Source: Antedon mediterranea (lineage: Eukaryota > Animalia > Echinodermata). Taken from it: 64,000 nucleotides of DNA. The notes beneath the pieces are model-generated. The model was not told the origin of the DNA. It worked only from the letters and a program-made list of their open reading frames with translations, and ran no database searches. The stretch is taken from the NCBI RefSeq assembly GCF_964355755.1, contig NC_092672.1, positions 6,324,001 to 6,388,000 on the forward strand. The letters run 5' to 3'. Positions 1-14,234 of this stretch are shown one piece after another (the stretch's first letter is position 1; the number at the start of each line of letters is the position of its first letter). Both the position numbers and the translations under genes were made by a program.

Positions 1-3000
1 TTTGTTGAATGCCTCTGACTGTGCAACACTACAAAAACAAAATTTCAATATTTATTTTTAAATAAAGACTTCGGAAATAGGATTGCAAGAGACACTATAT
101 CCTGTATATCCTCCAGAGTCTGCCAAATTGGCAGGTATTCCCCAGGAATGTTCCAGAGTCTGCATGATTGCCCAGAAGTATCCAACACCGGACTTCTCTC
201 AGAAATGCATCAGTATTTCTAATCTCAAAATTTTCATAATTTCCTCAAGATCTCTTAAGTGTCCAAGATTTTGCACAGCAGATGATTTATTAATTATATA
301 CAAATACCATGCAGATTACTTCAATAGCTCAAATTGTTAGCGTGATGACACAAACAGCTTTACAGTATATCAATTTTCTTACCTCGCTAAAGCAGCTTTG
401 TTATACAGCTCGCCCTCTGGAGTTCTCATAATTTCAAACTCTTCAAAAGTCACATTCACCATCGATGGGTTCTCCAGACATTTGTTAACATGTTCAATAA
501 TCCTTGTAAACGTGATATTAGGAGCAGTGCATGATAGCGTTTTTAATGCTTCCAACGCAGACTGAAATAATATAAAGAACAAAAATATTGGTTTATTTTA
601 TTTATTATTGGTGTGAATTTGTTGGTATTTTAGATTTACATTTTGCATATTTGCCAGGTTACAAGCATAGTACAACTAGAGTAGTTGTACAACCTCTGCC
701 TATAGGAATATGAAAATTTAATGAAGTATTCCCATACAGCTATAAAACAATCCTTTAACTTTTTTTGAGGTAATAAACACTGTACAGGCATAGCAAAACT
801 CTAATCCACTCAGTATACAGGAAATTTATATAGGAAATCTGTGAGAATGAAAAATGGCTGCCCCAACCATGATTTGAACACAGAATCTTCTGCTTTATAT
901 GCAGACATCCTACTGGACCATAAGACCAATAGGCTTTTATTCAATTCAATACAAAATTCTTTAATCATCCCACTCAGGGCAATTCAAATAAAAAGGTTTG
1001 GCTATAAAAAGGTTTGGCTATAATAATATAGGCTTTCAAAAATAGAAGAATGTACTGGAAGATTCCATTATATTTTCAGTGTTTTTAATTCTAGGAAAAA
1101 ATAATTGTTTACTTACTTGACTTGTGAAATTCTTGACAATAATTTCAAATATCTTGTCAGCATTATCACTGATGAATTTCTCTGGATCTAGTTTGAACTT
1201 GGCAAGGAATGTTGACCATAGTGACGGTTGGGCATAAACTAGTAATAAAACAGAGTTTTACACGGTTTTTAATATCTAGACAAAGCCGCAAATATTAACA
1301 TATAAACATACATGTATATATAAATTAATTTTCGGAGTTTGATATTTAATTTTTACATTTTTTAAATATTTCATACGCAACAGCGAGTAACTCGCCAATT
1401 ACAGGATGGATAAACTGTTTTATTATTGATCATGCTTATAAACTAAGTCTCATTTGAGGCTTAGAAAGTGGAGTTGAAGAGTGATGAGTTACAACCCTGG
1501 CACTAGGTCAGGATTGAACACCGGACCTTGGGATTGGAAAGCAAGCACGGGAACCACCAAGCTACAGCTCCACTACATTTATACATATATATCATATATC
1601 AAACTTATTCATAAACCCTCTGGTATATTTGGTTATAGAAAGAGAATTGAATGTTCAATTCCACCACGGAATTTGCCCACAAGTGTCATAGCGACCATAT
1701 TTTGAATTTAAATATATAATTGAATATACTATTACCTATGCATGGATGATGAGCTGTCAGTAGTGAGGCTATCATCACACTTGTATTTTCCCCATCAGTA
1801 CTTCCAGCACTGTTTCCCAGTATAATACTCTCCAGGGCAGTGGCTAAAATTTGAGGCCTAACATTCCAAGGATAGGCTTCCTCAGTTATCTCACTATCTG
1901 GATCAGGAACCTACAATGACATTAAAAATAACATCAATTAAACTGAAAATATCATTTATGGTTTGAATTAAATAGTCTAATTTATATAACACCAAAATAA
2001 ATTCCTGCCATTTGTGGGTCACATGGCATACAATACCACATGAAATTATTTGTACCATAGCACTCATAAAAATTCATTATTTGTAAATTATAGCACACTT
2101 GAATGTATTTTGTTTTAAATTTCAACTGTGCATTCTGAAACCAACATGTACAATAGTGTACATGTCCTGTCTGTTTTCTACATCACAGCCTTCGATCCTC
2201 ATTAAACAGTAAATCTTTCAACTTCAACAGCAGAATCTAGCTCATGTGCATGAACCTAGTACATCGAGTACATCTTTTTAGACAAGAAGGGGTTACCCCG
2301 GTGTACACACAGCCACTGTCACACACAGACACTCATATTTAGTTCCGCTGAGAGACCAGTCTTTGACTGAAGACGTCACCAAGTACAAAGAAATAATACA
2401 TAACTGTACCTTTTGGTGTGTCAGAATCTTGTCAAATTCTTCAAGCAGTGCTGGAACTGCCTTCACACCTCCAAGACTATACAGAATCTTCTTGGTGGTC
2501 TGTTGTGCTGTTTTGCGTACTTTCCATGATTTGTGTGTCAATGCAATTATCATCGCATGGTAATAAGTTCTGAAATAATAATAATAATAATAATATTTAA
2601 TTGTAACAAATACAATAATTATTTATGTTATATGCCAACAAGAAGAACCTATAAATTATAATTATTCGTTTGATTCCGTCATGACTGCAATGATGGATCA
2701 CCATGTAGGTCAGATTGACAGTTAATTGATATATTATGTATAGGTTGACCAATCAACATTTTTATTCTTTAAACCATCCTGAACACAGAGCACTCTCTAT
2801 TTTCCCTTGCAACAGTGTCTTTTCTAAAGAAGTACCATCTCTTCTAGCTATATGTCCATAAAATAGCATTATTAGCTATTAGCAATAGCATGTTCAGCAT
2901 GTTACTCTTTACTCTTAAATAAGTAAGTACTTTAATTGGTTTTCTTTTCTAAAGATATTTTCTAGCCATGTCCAAAGTATGATAGCGTTTGTGAGTTTAT

Positions 3001-6000
3001 TTTGTTACTCTTTTACCCCTAAATAAGGATGGTTCCGTAGGTGTTCCGTTAATAAGGGGTTTACTGTAGTAGGAACAGTCTAGGATGGTAAAAAATTCTG
3101 ATTTGATAGATGACTATAGTAATATTCATCAAAAGGAAGACCTAATACCTTGCAACCGCATCTGTTACTTTAGAAGCTTGGTTCAAAAACAACTGTTCTA
3201 TAATCACAAGTAATGATGTAAAGCCTTCATCAGACACGCCCAACAGAAACTTTTCTGACGTAAACAGGCGCTTCTCATGGTCTGTTAACACTTTCCAAAC
3301 TATCTCAAGTTTTGATTCTGAAAAAAAAAAAAACAATTACAATCAGAAACGTACTGATAAATTTGTAACACATAAAATACACTATTAAAGCTGGATCTAT
3401 CTTTCCAAACATTATTTATTTATTTTTAAATATATAAGAATGTTACATACATTCCAGGTCACAGCTTGAAGGAGCAAGACAAAAAGTTAAAACAGTTAAA
3501 AGAAGGTAAAAATAGTAAACAGACATACAATTTGGTTCATTGCAAACCCTATATTGGCTACTCAAACTCACTTTTTCGTTCCATACTTACACAAATCCAC
3601 CGATATTTCACATACCTGCTTTTATCTCAACTTGATGAAGTTTCAAAAGGAGTGAAACAGAATGGGCAGCCTCTGTAACCATGGGAACCTGACTCGCTTG
3701 TGCGATTGCCTTCTCCAATGAATGAAGTAAAACCGGTAGGACTTGAAGCGCTTGTTCAAGAGTGTTGCCTAAAAAAGAAAATTATAATTAATATATAATA
3801 ACATAACAGGAACATTACTAAAGCTCTTTCTACGCTATTAAACAACAAAATGTGATGTGCCCATAAATGGATATTATGTCAAATCACTACCATATTTAGG
3901 CATATCACCACCATATTTGGGCATATCCCACTTTTTTTGTCAAACTAGTTTGATAGTGTAGACACATCCCAATATTGTACAACTAAATTCTAAACTAGAA
4001 GGGCACTCCGAGAGCGCAGACCTCCGCCAAGGCATATAAAAATGTAATGGCGTGTTCCTATACCTAAAAGCTATGAAACCATCCTTTAAAATCTCATGAA
4101 AATGGGGCAATAACTTTTTGAGTAATCCTGCTAACAAATAGAGAAACAAACACACAGAAACAGACAACATCAATCACATCCACTCGCCATTATGGCGGAG
4201 GTAACAATTATACCCAGATGTTAAAAAATAAACTTTAAAAACTTGCCATGAAATGTTGAGATCATGCACAGGATGTAGCCTTGTCGTACCAGAACGGTAG
4301 ACGTCTTTAAGGAGACCGCTTTCTTGAAAAATTCTATGAACTTAGTGGGTACTTCATTGTGAAATTTCTTGCACCAGAGTGACATCATTTGTAAAGCATG
4401 TACGAGTGTGCCTTCGTGTACTGAATAAAAAGTTATATAAATATCAAAAGTATTGTTATATTTCTTGTTAAACTAAAGCTCCGTCTACACTATCAAACTA
4501 GTTTAAGAAAAAAGTCTGATGTGCTAAAAAATGATGCAGTGATAACATCATCATGTCCAGATATGACATTTATTTGTCACATACAGTGTAGACAGAGCTT
4601 TAGTGTTGAGAATCTGGAAATGTTGGACCAAACAGGATCGTTACCTTCAGCTTGTAAATATGGAGGGAAGAGTTCAAGCGCTGTGGTTGCCAGGTTATGC
4701 ATTGAATTTCCGCTGCCCACTGTGTTGTAGCTAAGGTTCCCAATGCCTGTTAACACGCCTAGTCTCTGAGTCACAATTGCCAGCTTGCCCGAAGAACCTG
4801 TTGATAAAATAAAAAACTTTGAATTGGGATTCTAGAAAAAAAGAATAGAAAATGTGGGGATATTGGGATGTGATTCCTTGCTTGATTCCTCAGCAAAGTT
4901 TAGGTCTGGACGACAACCAATATGCGTAGATCTTTGGTACTAGCAAATCGAAAGATACAAGCGTATCCCCAGGCAACGTCCCAGTGTATAGAGGATAGAG
5001 TGGGCCTAGCCTAGAGGCAGTAAATTTTCTTTTAAACAAATTCTCACCAAAAATAGAGTAATTTAACAAAAATAGAGTAATTTCTCCGACACCAAATTTG
5101 GGCAAATTTCACATACAAGGAGAAATACGGTAATTATTAATCACAAAACTACCAGATTTACTCCAACCCATACTTACCATTCAAAACAGCAAAGAACTGT
5201 TTTAATAGATCTTCAATGGCACCAGGATCACTGCACTGAACTGCTAGATTTTTTGCTGCTTCACCAGCTAGTTCACGTAATGTATCATCTTTGCTGTGAA
5301 GCTGCCCTAATGACGCAAAGAAACGCATTCAATTCAGCACTTGTTTCATTTACATTAAAGCTCAGTCTAAGTAATTTTTAATCTTTTATCAGAGAATTGT
5401 GTTGTTTCTGTGTTTTTAGCATACTATTTTGTGTTGTGCAATTTTTTGTGTATTATTACTGTTATATTTATAATTTTTATATGATGATATGCCAGTTTTT
5501 CAAAGCAAATTTCTGTTAATTTCAGTTTTAATGGACAAATAAAGATACAATGACTATGACTCTCAAACTTTATGTGATGTGCCCATATATGGACAAGATG
5601 ATGTCATATCACTTCCATTTTTGGACACTTCATACTTTTTTTTCAAACTAGTTTTATAGCGTGGGTAGAGCTTAAGGAAAAGCACTTAGCATGTCTTATT
5701 TAACAAGTTGTGTTAATATTGTCAGTTTTAAGGTAATTTTGCAAACAATAGGTTAACTTTACCTGCAATACTCTTGCCTAGATCTGTAGCATACCGACTC
5801 AAATCCAATGATACGCCGCACAATAAATATGTTATAGCTAGATGTTAATAAAAAACAAAAAAAACGTACAGTATATAATGCATTTTTTTATAATTAAATT
5901 CTAAACAAAATACATACCTTATCTTTATCCCATACTTATTAATTAAAATGTGTTTTATTTCTAGTATTGGGAATAACTCACCCTCTAATGAATTCTCCGG

Positions 6001-9000
6001 GCTTCGCAATAGCGCCCTCTCAGATGCGGGTAAGAAGAGCTCTTTGAATTCATCATGAGTGACATGTTGCAGCAGCCACTTGCTAGCCTTCTATAAAGAA
6101 ACCACAAATTTTCGGGTTTTACCAATGAAAAATATTAATCTTTGATAAATTGATATGGTGCAGTACTATAGCAAAACCACTAATTTCACATAGTTGGATA
6201 CCCGCTTATTCTAAGTCAGTATTCACAAAATACAATAGAATCCCTTTCAAGTATCTGCTTAATAGGCGTGTCCTCTGAGATGGGGTTGACCGTAGTGTTA
6301 AAACATCTGTTGGCCCTTGTTTGCTTCATAGGAAAATGTCCCCAATAAGGGCCCAGTGCAGTATTCACCAATCGCACTTTATTTTCCTTAAATATTAAGT
6401 ATTTCACTTAACTTAATAAATATTTCGCTTAAATTGTATTCACTTGGATAGGCGATTTTCTTTACTTTAAGGGAAAGTGTTTCTCTTAGTCTAAGTGTGA
6501 ATGATGAATACAGCCACATGGTTCTACTGTGTGCTTCTAAGATAGGCTCTGGTGTTTACTGGTGTATTAGATAATGTCTTACCAACACATGTGTACGTGG
6601 TTTCACTTTACTTGTTAGTACAGACTTGATGTACAGGTCAATGACCTTTTTCTTAAGGTCATTGACCCTGTCCATCTGCTTCATCGATGTCAAGTATTTC
6701 AGTAGCTGGCTCAGCAGACACACACTGTAAACGCTAGGATCTCCATTGGTAATACATTTGGCAAATACTTCAACAAGCTCAGGAGTCTAAATCAAAACAT
6801 TATTTTTTTTTTTCAAACATTAAATATAAACTGACAAAATGTATCCTATATATTTCTTAAAGCAGATTGAGAATTTCAAAAACAGGGAAGCACATTAATA
6901 ACAAAGTTGAAAGGGTGTGTATCGTTACTAAAAGAAAGTTTTAAGGAGGTGAAAATGCAGTTTCATTTGATGGTGTTACACAGATTTCCGGTTGTAATAT
7001 TCTTGTTATATATACTATTTTTCGGGTACATTGAGAAACTCGCAGTTCTTTTCTGAACTAGATATATGTGGTGTACCGCAAACTTTATATCAACACTTGA
7101 TTTCGCCATGCAAACCTTAAAACAATATATAAAATTAAAGGTATTGATTAATTATTATAGATAAACTTATTATTTTTTATATTATCATCATTACCTTCTT
7201 CCATAAAGCTGTGAGATTCCTGAATGTGGAGTTGATTATTGATGTTTTACCAGATGCCAATACCACATACATAAACTCCCCTTGTAGTTGGATCTATATA
7301 TAAAGTTCAAATACGCAATTGTAAAATTATTATTAGACTGTACACTAAAGCAACTCAACAACCCAGCTGGAATAGAATAGTTTATCACCTCAGGTAAAAC
7401 ATTTTTTAAGAATATGTACTTGTAGGTCCCCAGAAATTACATTGTAATTCATTGTAAATCTGGGTCACAGCCCATAGTTTGTGGAATGTCGCATGCACTA
7501 GGGCATAGTTACCAACCTAGAGAGATATTTAAAAAGAGTGACAGAAATTCTGTCATTTGGTTGGGGCAGAGTGATGGTTTGTGCAAAATGTGTGTTGGTT
7601 TTAGAAATCCCTTTGAAACGCATGATGTGAGACGGTTGGCAACAATGGTAGAGTAACCCAATTTGAAGCACGCCAGCCTTAACCACTCAACTTAATTAAT
7701 AATATAGCACTTACCAATTGGTTTAGTTGATCTTCATTTTTCTGGGCGAAAATAATCTCAACAAGAATGGTCGTCCACTTCAATGCAACCATGCAAATAG
7801 CTCCACTGCTTCTCCTAAAGCCATACAATTTATTGTAACATTATTTATTAAAATTAAAAAATTTGTATCACCTATTTTACACTGTGTACCCAGACAATAT
7901 GTTATGATCTGAAGTTCAGTTGAGTTTTAGACTGCAAATAATATACTGTAGTTTGTAGTAAAGTACCAGTACCAGCGCTTGTGTAAGAAATTGGGGAATA
8001 GGGGAATAGGATTATACTGGGATAGGATTGTACTGGGATAGGATTATAAGTCCTGTGTCTGAATTTAGTCTAAAATTAGGGGTTGATATTTTTCTAGACA
8101 TGTTGTTCTATTGTGAAATTCTCTTCCTGCTGATGTGGTGCTTTGCGAGTCCATAAATCCTTTTAAAAATCAACTAAACATTGCATGGGCCAACCCCTCG
8201 CTAAAGTTTGCACTTTTAAGCACATAGCACTTTGCCCCAAAAACTCCAGATTTTTAGAGTGAACATGAAAAGTAAGTGTATTTGAGTGTGGGGTAATATA
8301 TTCACTGACACTATTTTTCGACTGAAGCTACATATAACATAGAGTAGGTCTTGTGAATGAAGAAATAGCAATACACTTACGAGTCATGGTTTTTGTTTAA
8401 ATTGGCTACATTTTTAAGAGCCGTACTGGTGTGTTTACATGTAGCCTGTGGTTGCTGTGTTGCAAGAGCTTGTAAAAGACACTGTACAGATTTGCGAGAA
8501 CCACGATCACTGTAACAATCAACAGTTTGTACAAGCAACGATGACATAGGTCGAATACCATTCTCTGGAAAACCTAAAAGCAAAATGTGAGAACAATTTC
8601 ATCCATTAGGTCACAATGCATTTCAGCAGCCAGTCATTCCGAACGGCCAAATTCATGAAAGGACAAAATATGTCATGTTCATTTGACGTTTATTACTAAA
8701 TATAAAATAAATTCTAATTTTACAGATCAAAACTGTAAGAGTTTATATTTCAGGGATCATTAGTAAAAATATAAAAATGTTTGCACACATGGCATGTCAT
8801 ACCATACATATTCCACAATTTATAATTCTGGTGGCCGAAATGAACAATACACATAGGCCTAGCCTAGGGGGCTAGGCCCTAGTAAACTAGGCTAGGCTAG
8901 GCCTACATGACGTGCCATATTAGTAGGAATATCAATAAATATGTCAATAATCATAATGTAATTGCCATGGACTAGCCTAGGCCTATAAGAAAGTGTTATT

Positions 9001-9308
9001 GAGTAGGCTAGGTACAAAACTTTGCTAAGCTAGGCCACCTCATTGAGCACATACAGACGCATGTTGCACCGGTACCAACCTGACTCGGTCACGCATTCTG
9101 CCAGCTGTGTTATGATCCGTATCCTTTCCTTCGGCCTAGAAATTGTTACTTTCGAAGCAAATTCTTTAAAAATCTCCGCAACCTGTAAGGAATTAATGGA
9201 TATTTCATTATTTCATAAGATTCTAAAAAGGAAATCTTTAAAGTTCATAAATCATTGAAACACGTGTACAAGTTCTGTACGTACCTTCGACCCACTGCTT
9301 GTCGCCAT
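1..9308 (-). CDS. GCN1: GCN1 (eIF2-alpha kinase GCN2 activator, HEAT-repeat protein), 5' part; gene continues beyond the left edge
   Basis: Exons (-): 9308-9285, 9182-9080, 8573-8381, 7814-7715, 7293-7195, 6786-6583, 6090-5982, 5837-5763, 5306-5178, 4797-4645, 4420-4247, 3768-3616, 3317-3149, 2569-2410, 1910-1736, 1238-1117, 561-383, 28-1. They join into one open frame of 783 codons. All introns are GT-AG except one GC-AG. Peptides recognisable as GCN1: VAEILKEFASKVT, ALLRSPEN, LDLSRYA, NLAVQCSD, EVHEGTLVHA, SLKTST, FTSEKFL, AHHP, EEFEIMRTPEGELYNK. Confidence 0.95.
1367..1576 (-). mobile_element. tRNA-derived SINE, family C
   Basis: Reverse complement of the copy at 54687-54897; A box TAGCTTGGTGG, B-box-like TGTTCAATCC, A-rich tail. 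Confidence 0.75.
2238..2345 (+). mobile_element. Deu-domain SINE fragment
   Basis: Matches the interior of 20334-20729 (GAACCTAGTACATC...GGGGTTACCCCGGTGTAC...CAGCCACTGTCACACACAG). Confidence 0.7.
3819..3966. mobile_element. MITE family A, degraded copy
   Basis: TIR-like AAAGCTCTTTCTACGCTAT ... AGTTTGATAGTGTAGACA with internal ATCACTACCATATTTGGGCA repeats. Confidence 0.7.
3991..4205. mobile_element. Non-autonomous Helentron/HINE-like element
   Basis: AACTAG end, small hairpin GCACTC..GAGCGC, subterminal inverted repeat ACCTCCGCCA (~4020) / TGGCGGAGGT (~4193), and an (ACAA/ACAG) microsatellite before the right end. Confidence 0.65.
4474..4602. mobile_element. MITE family A
   Basis: TA|AAGCTCCGTCTACACT ... 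AGTGTAGACAGAGCTT|TA terminal inverted repeats. Confidence 0.8.
5563..5673. mobile_element. MITE family A, partial
   Basis: Internal GTGATGTGCCCATATATGGAC..ATCACTTCCAT and a degraded right TIR. Confidence 0.65.
6358..6516. mobile_element. Degraded MITE-like element
   Basis: Imperfect inverted ends GTATTCACCAATCGCACTT / AAGTGTGAATGATGAATAC. Confidence 0.4.
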
Positions 9309-9410
9309 CTTGTTGTGCAAAAGGCCTATTTTTCTACGGAAGCTTAAAAATGACCGTCAGGGTGGTTAGTTTTCCAGTTTTAGGTGTAGACCACCGGGGT
9401 GTAGACCCGG
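9299..9410 (-). promoter_or_regulatory. GCN1 proximal promoter / start region
   Basis: YY1-type CAAGATGGCG overlaps the start codon on the - strand; ETS-like CGGAAG near 9337; direct repeat GGTGTAGACC x2; locally CpG-richer than the introns. Confidence 0.45.
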
Positions 9411-10164
9411 TTGAGTAGGTCTCAAATAATTCTTCAAGTTTTGAAAAACAGTCATAAAAATATTTGATATCTTCAGAAATGTATAAAATCTGCCCAGCTA
9501 ATGGTCGTGCAATGAGTTGCTAAAAAAATTATTTTTCTCTATTCTCAAAATAGCACATATGGTCACATTAGGCCGCCGTAGTTAATGATGGGGAAATTAC
9601 AGAGAGGTGGTGTGTTAAGCCTTCGGCTAAAAGATCTTTGGGAAATTACGAATTCGGGGAAGGGCAATATAAAGATTTAGCAATTTTATACATTACAAAC
9701 TGTATTGATAATATTAGTATGAGAAGTTTGGTTATTAAAATGTCATTATTTCTTTAGTCATAATTCGTTAGTTGTTGAATACCATTATGCCTATCATAGA
9801 GATCACTATAATATCTCTATGGGCGCGCCTATATAGGCCTACTCCGTAATAATTACATATATTTCGGCCTACCGTATAGATAGGCCTATCAGTTCAATTA
9901 TGCATTTGTATACTTTTTAAAACAGGCCTACTACTCAGTACAACAACAAGTAAATTAAACAATAAAATTCAACAAAACAATACATTGTGGGTTAAGAATA
10001 ACCACATCGAAAGCCGATGTCCGAATCCGATTGGTGAAGATGGTCAGAGTAAGAGAGTTTATCGATCCGAAACTCTGTTTGCAATAAAAAACGATTTTGT
10101 GTGTTTAATGGTTTTATCTTTGTAGAAACGATCGACGAAGAAATAGGCCTACGTTGTGTTTTAA

Positions 10165-11539
10165 AGTGGAGCTCCACCCAGAAAATTACTATTTTTCATA
10201 CATTTCAACTATTATTTAAAAATATCATCGCTTATACTTCATATTTTTTTGAAATTTTTTTCAATGAGTACGATTTTCTTGAAAATCACGCCTTTTTGCG
10301 TTTTGGGGGGATACCTTGTAATTTCCTATTCTTTGACATGCAAAAGGGGGGTATATTTGAATAATCCTAAAAAATTCATTTCTTCACCAAAAAAAAAATG
10401 TAAAATGTAAATTTATGTAATTTTTCCAGATCTTTCTATTTCTGGTATTTTTATCACGTATACATTGCGCAATTTTGCGTAAATAGACACTTTCCCCCGT
10501 TCGGGTCCAATTGGGTTTTTTATTTTGCTAGGGAGTACGATCACGTGACATTTTTCACAATCACACTACACTGCAGCTGGCGATCTGTTATTTTGTCGCG
10601 ATGTTATTTTTGACGGGCGAAAAGTATATTAAAACATTCTGAATGTGACCCTATTATGTTTCACAGTGTAATAATGTGATTATGAGACTATTACTAAAAT
10701 GTCAAATTTAACGAGATTTGAGAAAGACGTGGCTATATATTCAATAAAGCTAGGCCTAGGCCTACTAGAGTGTAGGTATGTACCGATGCTGCGTGGCCTC
10801 TAGCTAGGCTAGGCTGACAGCAGTGAAGTTTGTTTTGCTGGCACCCGACCTTGGCCTACCCATGGGCCATGATAGGGTGCCTGAATAGTTGCTTTTCAGT
10901 CAGGTCTAAGCTTGCACATCGCTTACTACTCTTGTTCTGTATACTATAGGATTTTGTGTTTCACAATTCTTAATGTGCGAGAAAACCCAGGAACGATAAA
11001 TGGGGCGAAACGACCATGCCTATGAATACATAGGCCTCTAGACAAAAATTCAAGGCTAGCTAGGCTGAGCAGAAGCTGAGCTAGGCCTAGCCCTAGCTTA
11101 AAGTTAAAAGCAATCTGATAAGATTATTATGCTGTTGTTGTACAGTGAAAATCATGAGGTTACATGTAAATTATAATGACATTCTTATCGGAAATATTAC
11201 TTAGGCCTAAACAAATCGTATTAATTGTGTGTTTAAAATTTATTCCCCATTTTTCGACACATAATTTACCAAAGGGGAGACATTTCATCAATGCGTTGAC
11301 CGGCGACTAAAACGCATGAGTCGCTAAGTGTAACGCGTTTGCGACGTATTGTAAACTAATAACCCCTAAGTTACTGAAAAACTGTAATGTGTTAAAAAAC
11401 ACTATTTTCTGACCAATTTTTTAGAAATGATTTTTAGGAAAATATTTCCGTATTTTTCCTGTTTTTTTTTATGTAATCACTTTCAATTAAACATACTTAA
11501 ACATAATATAAGCTGAGAAAGTCTGAGTGTAGCTCCACT
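10165..11539. mobile_element. Non-autonomous Kolobok-like DNA transposon (1375 bp)
   Basis: TTAA duplications at 10161-10164 and 11540-11543; TIR AGTGGAGCTCCACCCAGA / AGTGGAGCTACACTCAGA. AG..CT termini with a TTAA TSD are typical of Kolobok. No transposase ORF seen. Confidence 0.75.
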
Positions 11540-13419
11540 TTAAAGTCTCACACGTACGTCATCGTATACATTATTTATTATTTTATGATGAATACGCGAT
11601 TTGATTGCTACATGCATAATTTAACGTAGAACTAATGCGATTACCATATTGTGTCGTAGTGTGTTCGTTCGAATGTGTTGATGATTTTATATAAATGAAA
11701 AAATCGCATGTTGCCACATGATATATAGTATGTCCACAGTTACGCAAAAAGTGTCACATTTATTTTAGGTACCCGTAAACACAAAAGTCAGTACGGTGTA
11801 CAGAATGTGATTCAATTGTCCTTGTAATAAAAATGTGTTAGTGAAAGCCGAGAAAAAAAAGCATATAAAATTGTAGAACAAATATCTTAATTAGGAGTAT
11901 ATATCAATTGTTCTTAATTATATTACAGTATGACCAATAAATTGGACGCAAAAAGATATAACAAAACGGCAATAATATTATCGCGTAACAAATCTGATTA
12001 CAATGATTCAATAAAATGATGAAAGAGGGTCTCGGGAAACCAGGAGGTTTGTATGATAGAGGCCCCATATTACTTTAACAAAATAATTTTTTTTAAATAG
12101 CATATAATAATAATATATTAATGATATATTAATATGTTAATATTGAGCCAAACAATTAATATATTTGTATATTAGTTGTTCAGTTCCGTTAGTTCTTACT
12201 ATTTTTGATGGCATAGAGTATAGGCTAAGTCCACGGACGGCAAAACCTTCTATGAAATCCAAAGCAAAAATCTTGATATTACGCCAAAGAAACGAACGCT
12301 TTAGGCTATATCGTCAAAGTTCTTGGTTACTACAAATCGTACAAATAGAAGGAAAAACGGTAAAATCAAAATGATTAATTCGCAAGGGTTTGCAGTTAAG
12401 ATGCCAACTTTCTTTTAAAAATGTGCTTTTATAATAATAATCTTAAAATGTATCCCCAATCCAACCGGACACCTACAAAAAAAGAAAGAAAGTTAAAGTT
12501 AATTTTGTTGTGCCGTGCTGTGGTGGTGTTTTTGTATGTTGGTGTGTGAGAATTTGGAAGGGTTGGCGGGTTAAGACTTGTATCCAAATATTTGAATGGA
12601 GTACTACAATATAGCAACCACTATTAAGGGACACATGTCCTCTTATTAATTGTGTCCCTAAGTATAGTGTTATATATACACATTATTCGTTTCACATGAA
12701 TGGTCCTCTTAAACTAAAAACGGTGTTACTGAGTTATAGGCCTATTAATAGCCGTAGTGTTAAATATACATATATTTCTCCTGGGTTTTTTCATAAAGGT
12801 GTGTCCCCTTAATATATGTGTTCCTCTGAGAGTTATTGTCCTCGGAGAGTGGTTTCCTGCCGGCCTCCACAATATTTCGGTTATTCATTTATCTCACATC
12901 GGAGCTTTCATTTACGATATGGACAAACAAAAACAATGTAGGCTTATCGTGCCTAATTTGTTCAATTTAGAGACAACGTGATGTTTACTTACCTACTGTA
13001 AAACACATACAGTCGGTGATTCTATATTCTTCATCGCACAAACAAAAGAACATATAGCCTTCGTTCTGATACAACGCACTGGAAGCAACTATTTTAACGC
13101 CACAATAAGAATGCAATTTTGATTGGATAATTCGTTAATATGCAAATCATTTTCGTCCATCTTTAGGCACACATTTTTTTGGTTTCGATTTTAGAAAATC
13201 TTGATCAAACGGAGCCATGTTTGCATTTGATTGTTAACTGAATATACACGTAACACAGTCATGTATTTTTTTTATTATTAGTGACGTATACTTGTGATAT
13301 AGTTTTATAATAAAAACGAACATTAATTTATGCAATTAAGATGCCACGTAAAACCGTCAATCCAAACGATCCAATCTCAATAAAATGCGAGTGTATAATT
13401 TAAATACACACATGTTTTA

Positions 13420-13565
13420 TAAAGCTCTGTCTACACTATCAAACTTTAAGCGACAAATAAAAATGTGATGTGCCCATATATGGACATGATGATGGCATAT
13501 CACTTCCATATTTGGGCACATCACAGTTTTTGTCAAACTAGTTTGACAGTGTAGACAGAGTTTTA
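13420..13565. mobile_element. MITE family A
   Basis: AAGCTCTGTCTACACTATCAAACT ... AGTTTGACAGTGTAGACAGAGTTT, TA-flanked. Confidence 0.85.
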
Positions 13566-14234
13566 AAGAATATTACAGTAACAGTATTGCAGTGTATAGA
13601 ATTATTGCAATAATTTACAGCAAACAACACAATACAACAACATTTTTTTATATATATTTTTTAATTAGACAACTTGCATATACACACACAATGCACAACA
13701 CAATTCTAAAAGATTTGGCAAAGTTCAAGTTTACTACAATATCATGCACATTAGCGTCTGTTTTACGGTATATTTTGAATAACTGCAGTAATGGTTGGGA
13801 TGCAGCCTATAGCCTACCAATTAATTCATTTTTAACCAATATAGCCTGCTTTCATACGCATGCCTACAACATACTCTACTTTACAAGCCATCAAATTAAT
13901 TTTGGTAGTTGGCCTCATTCACCATGGAGTATAAGGCGACCCCCCCCCCCCACCCCGACTAAAATCTAAAAATCGACATAAATGAAATACCTATTCTCAA
14001 TGTGATGGGTGAATAATGGCCAATGTGGGATTATTTTGTATTAAAAACTTTTTTTACTAGAAACAGCCTACTATTTCAATATCTAAAGCAATGCTTTGAT
14101 ATGTTTATCACATATGTATTTTACATTGAAGCTTTGATATGCCAATCAAATACTTTACATTCAACAAGCTAACCCCTATCAATTTCATTTTAATAATTTA
14201 GCAACAATGCCATTCATTTCTGTATTAACCATTT

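Noticed and set aside
8100-8270. Possible intronic snoRNA in GCN1
   Set aside because: No convincing C/D or H/ACA box arrangement by eye; an Infernal/Rfam search would be needed.
13592-13969. 125-aa ORF
   Set aside because: No recognisable domain, non-ATG start, and low-complexity UTR-like composition.
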